DNA of 64,000 nucleotides, from assembly GCF_011745625.1 (NCBI RefSeq), contig NW_027191476.1:62001-126000 (forward strand). The letters are read 5' to 3'. Source of the stretch: Cladosporium halotolerans. Its lineage: Eukaryota. Made by a program: the position numbers and the translations under genes. Below, piece by piece: positions 61,061 through 64,000 of this stretch (within the stretch, counting starts at the first letter, position 1; each line of letters opens with the position of its first letter). The notes under the pieces were generated by a model, which saw only the letters and a program-made list of their open reading frames with translations, ran no database searches and had not been told where the DNA came from.

Positions 61061-62617
61061 ATGAAGCTGAAGACCGCGGTTTACGCCACGGCGGCTGCCA
61101 TGAGTGGCATCGTCGCCAGCCAAAACCAGACGTACACCAACCCCGTCCTGTGGGAGGACCTTGCCGACATTGATGTCTTCCGCGTTGGCGATGAATACTA
61201 CTACTCGGCCTCCACCATGGCCTTCTCCCCGGGCGCTCCCATCCTCAAGTCCGGCGACCTCGTCAACTGGCAGTACATCGGACACTCCGTCCCGCGCCTC
61301 GACTTCAACGACCCTGAAGCCTACAGCCTCGAAAACGGCAAGCAAGCGTACGTCCAAGGCATCTGGGCCAGCAGCATGCGGTACCGCGAGAGCGACGACA
61401 CGTGGTACTGGATCGGCTGCGTGGACTTCAACAAGACCTACATCTACACGGCCTCCAGCCCCACGGACGACTGGACGCTCGCGCAGACCATCGACCGCTG
61501 CTACTACGACTGCGGCCTGCTCTTCGACGACAGCGACGACATCTACGTGGCGTACGGCAACACGAACCTCAGCGTGGCGCGCCTGAACGCCGACCTCTCG
61601 GAGCGCGACGTCACGCCCGTCTTCAACGCGACCTTCTACCTCGAAGGCGCCCGCATGTACCAGATCAACGGCACCTACTACATCCTGCTCACGCAGCCCG
61701 CGGACTGGGAATGGGTGCTGAAATCCTCCGACGGGCCCTTCGGCCCCTACGAGCTGCAAATCTTCGCCGACCGCGTCGACCCGCCCTCGCCCGAAGGCGG
61801 CTACCCGCACCAGGGCGGGATCGTCGACACGCCCTCAGGCGACTGGTACTACCTCGCCTTCATGGACGCGTACCCGGGCGGCCGCGTGCCGGTCCTCTCG
61901 CCCTTCAGCTTCGACGAAGACGGCTGGCCGCGGCTGCCGGCGAACAACAGCTTCGCGACGCCCAACGCCTACCCCGTCACACCCGTACCCGTGGAGCCCT
62001 ACGAGCGCAAGACGACGTTCCCCGGCCCCGCGCTCGGCCCGCAGTGGGAATGGAACCACAACCCCGACACGTCCGCGTACTCGTTCGCCGAAAGCGAGGA
62101 AGGCGGGCTGGTGCTCCGCACCGCGTCCGTGACGACCGACCTCTTCCGGGCGAAAAACACCCTCACGCACCGCATCCCCGGCCCCGCGAGCGCGGCGACC
62201 GTCCGCCTCGACATCTCGGGCATGAAGCGCGGCGACCGCGCCGGCCTCTCGCTCTTCCGCGACAACGCCGCCTACGTGGCCGTCGAAGACAACGCGATCA
62301 ACCTCTACACGGACCTGGCGCTCGGCGGCGGCTGGGAGACGATCAGCGAAGGCCAAGTCAGCGCCACTGCTTCGCTGCCGGAGGGCCAGGAGGAGGTGTG
62401 GTTCCGGCTGGAAGCGGACGTTGCGCCGGCTGGGAGCCACGAGGGGGTGTTCAGCTGGAGCAAGGACGGAGGGGAGTTCGAGGTGATCGGCGAGCCGGTG
62501 GTGATGAACACGACGTATTTCTTCTTCATCGGGTATCGGTTTGGTATTCTGAACTATGCTACGGAGGAGTTGGGCGGGGAGGTTGTTGTGAGGAGCTTTG
62601 AGGTGGAGGGGGTTTGA
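61061..62617 (+). CDS. Secreted glycoside hydrolase family 43 (beta-xylosidase/alpha-arabinofuranosidase-like) with C-terminal beta-sandwich
   Basis: Signal peptide; YTNPVLWEDLADIDV, PILKSGDLVNW, IWASS, LEGARMY, HQGGIVDTP and WEWNHNP; intronless. Confidence 0.92.
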   Translation: MKLKTAVYATAAAMSGIVASQNQTYTNPVLWEDLADIDVFRVGDEYYYSASTMAFSPGAPILKSGDLVNWQYIGHSVPRLDFNDPEAYSLENGKQAYVQGIWASSMRYRESDDTWYWIGCVDFNKTYIYTASSPTDDWTLAQTIDRCYYDCGLLFDDSDDIYVAYGNTNLSVARLNADLSERDVTPVFNATFYLEGARMYQINGTYYILLTQPADWEWVLKSSDGPFGPYELQIFADRVDPPSPEGGYPHQGGIVDTPSGDWYYLAFMDAYPGGRVPVLSPFSFDEDGWPRLPANNSFATPNAYPVTPVPVEPYERKTTFPGPALGPQWEWNHNPDTSAYSFAESEEGGLVLRTASVTTDLFRAKNTLTHRIPGPASAATVRLDISGMKRGDRAGLSLFRDNAAYVAVEDNAINLYTDLALGGGWETISEGQVSATASLPEGQEEVWFRLEADVAPAGSHEGVFSWSKDGGEFEVIGEPVVMNTTYFFFIGYRFGILNYATEELGGEVVVRSFEVEGV

Positions 62618-64000
62618 GGCATTGATTGATGGACAGGCTGGGGATAGGAAGTGCCTGTAGTGCCAGCATTGAATCGGATCGGATCGAGAATGGACTTGCC
62701 GTCTTGGTTGCCGTGTCTTCGCATGTGCATCTTGAAGAAGTGAGGTGAAGCGAAGTGAGGTCTAGGCGAGGCTTCCAAGCAGACCTCCCGTCCCATCCAG
62801 GCCTTGTGAATGCCGGCTCGGATGCAGACTGTGCAGCTTCCGTGCCGCGTGCATCCTTCCGGGTTCGACGGCACGTGGAGGCTAGGCACGTAGGCGGGCT
62901 GGAACGGTAGGATATGAAGAGAGCTCGATTTATTCTCTGCTCGGGCATCGTGCCAGAGGCCGAATTGTGGCACCGTCCTGAACCTCCACAATCGTGCGTA
63001 TGGAGTCGTGCAATCGCGCGTGGAATTCTCCGAGCAAGATGACGTTAGGCCGCCGTGTTTGGGAGAAAAATCCACAGTCGCTGGACAAGTGGAGCGAGAC
63101 TTGAGACACGATGGCGTGGGGGTGCAGGACGTGCGTGCCTGAGAGCGTGAGGAGATCCCTACTACTTTCTTACCCTGGTCCGACGATGGCCGTAGGATCT
63201 ATTGGCATCGGTTGCCTGTGTGGAATTCATGGCGACGATGGGCGACCAGACAGGCACGGACGGAGTCGATTCCGGCCATTGCGGCGGTGAGACTGCTGCA
63301 TGCAGACAGGCAGGCATGCGCATGGATGCTGGGAGCAGATTTGCAGGCAAGCGACGTGGAGAAGGTTTTTGTGGATGCTAGCAGGGCTGGCACGAGCGGT
63401 GGTGCGGGCGGAGTGGGCATAGCGGAGGGGATGGTAAATGCGGGCGGCGGAGACAGCGATTGACTAGGTGCGAGCTGGTCTTGGAGGTCGAATTGGCGGG
63501 AGAGACTCGACGTGGGTGGTTTTAGTGTGCGGAATGACTCGATCGGTGGGTTTCGTTATCTGGTGTCTGCGCAGGCATGCATGTGGCCTGCGTCCCAGCG
63601 GTGAGGCACCAAGGGATCCAGCCAGGGTCTTTCGTGCGAGAGGATGGATTCCTACCTGGGTACTCATGCAGGTGCAAGCGAGGCGGAGGTGAAGACAGGC
63701 TCGCGCTACGCTGACCGGCGCGTCGCATCGTAAACGCTCGTGTAGAGAGTTTGGACTTGCCGTCAGGCTGCCAGTCGAAGTGCGTCGAGCACCGAGGAAT
63801 GCGGTCATGGCGGTGCACGGTACAGTGGTTGAGAGCAAAAGCGAGGGATGCGCCCCGTGGTAGGGATGTGGAAGAACGGCATCCTTGGAGGGATGCGCGT
63901 TAGGGATTGCCGACGAGAGGCCAATCAGCGCGTGACCATGTCCTTTTCGCTGCTGTGGCTGAGTGCTGGCTGAAATCTACCTTGTGCTGGCCGTGGCGGG

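Noticed and set aside
62620..64000. Short ORFs and GCAGGCATGC repeats at the window end
   Set aside because: Looks like G-rich intergenic or promoter DNA of a gene outside the window; nothing supportable.

Overview
Gene-dense, intron-containing fungal genomic DNA, most likely a filamentous ascomycete (Dothideomycete-like; the taxonomy is inferred from gene content, short introns with CTRAC branch sites and GC-rich codon usage). About 27 protein-coding genes can be reconstructed. Positions 1-51 kb are mostly conserved housekeeping genes: PCT1, PP2C/PTC2, MetR/Cys-3 bZIP, MTR4, an EamA-type transporter, Cut8/STS1, a sterol-glucosyltransferase-like GT1, SOK1/Tcp11, PPC decarboxylase, GRX5, COX8, ELP1, LST8, asparagine synthetase, an Ecm25-like RhoGAP and ARO2, with a few orphan ORFs interspersed. 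Positions 54.8-62.6 kb hold a co-oriented block of secreted or nutrient-scavenging genes (laccase-like multicopper oxidase, GH93, ZIP transporter, GH43). I found no tRNA, rRNA, CRISPR array, transposase or secondary-metabolite backbone gene. The strongest candidate for something undescribed is at LST8: a 453-nt intron (all other introns here are 48-166 nt) with nested inverted repeats forming a long hairpin, plus a 7-codon uORF whose stop overlaps the LST8 start codon. Other observations: a perfect 19-nt telomere-like motif present twice 47 kb apart, shared XlnR/AraR-type sites upstream of both arabinose-active hydrolases, a GC-AG intron, four stop-free in-frame introns, a 30-bp tandem repeat upstream of SOK1, and a possible N-terminal membrane anchor on PPC decarboxylase. 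All gene names come from motif recognition, not database searches.
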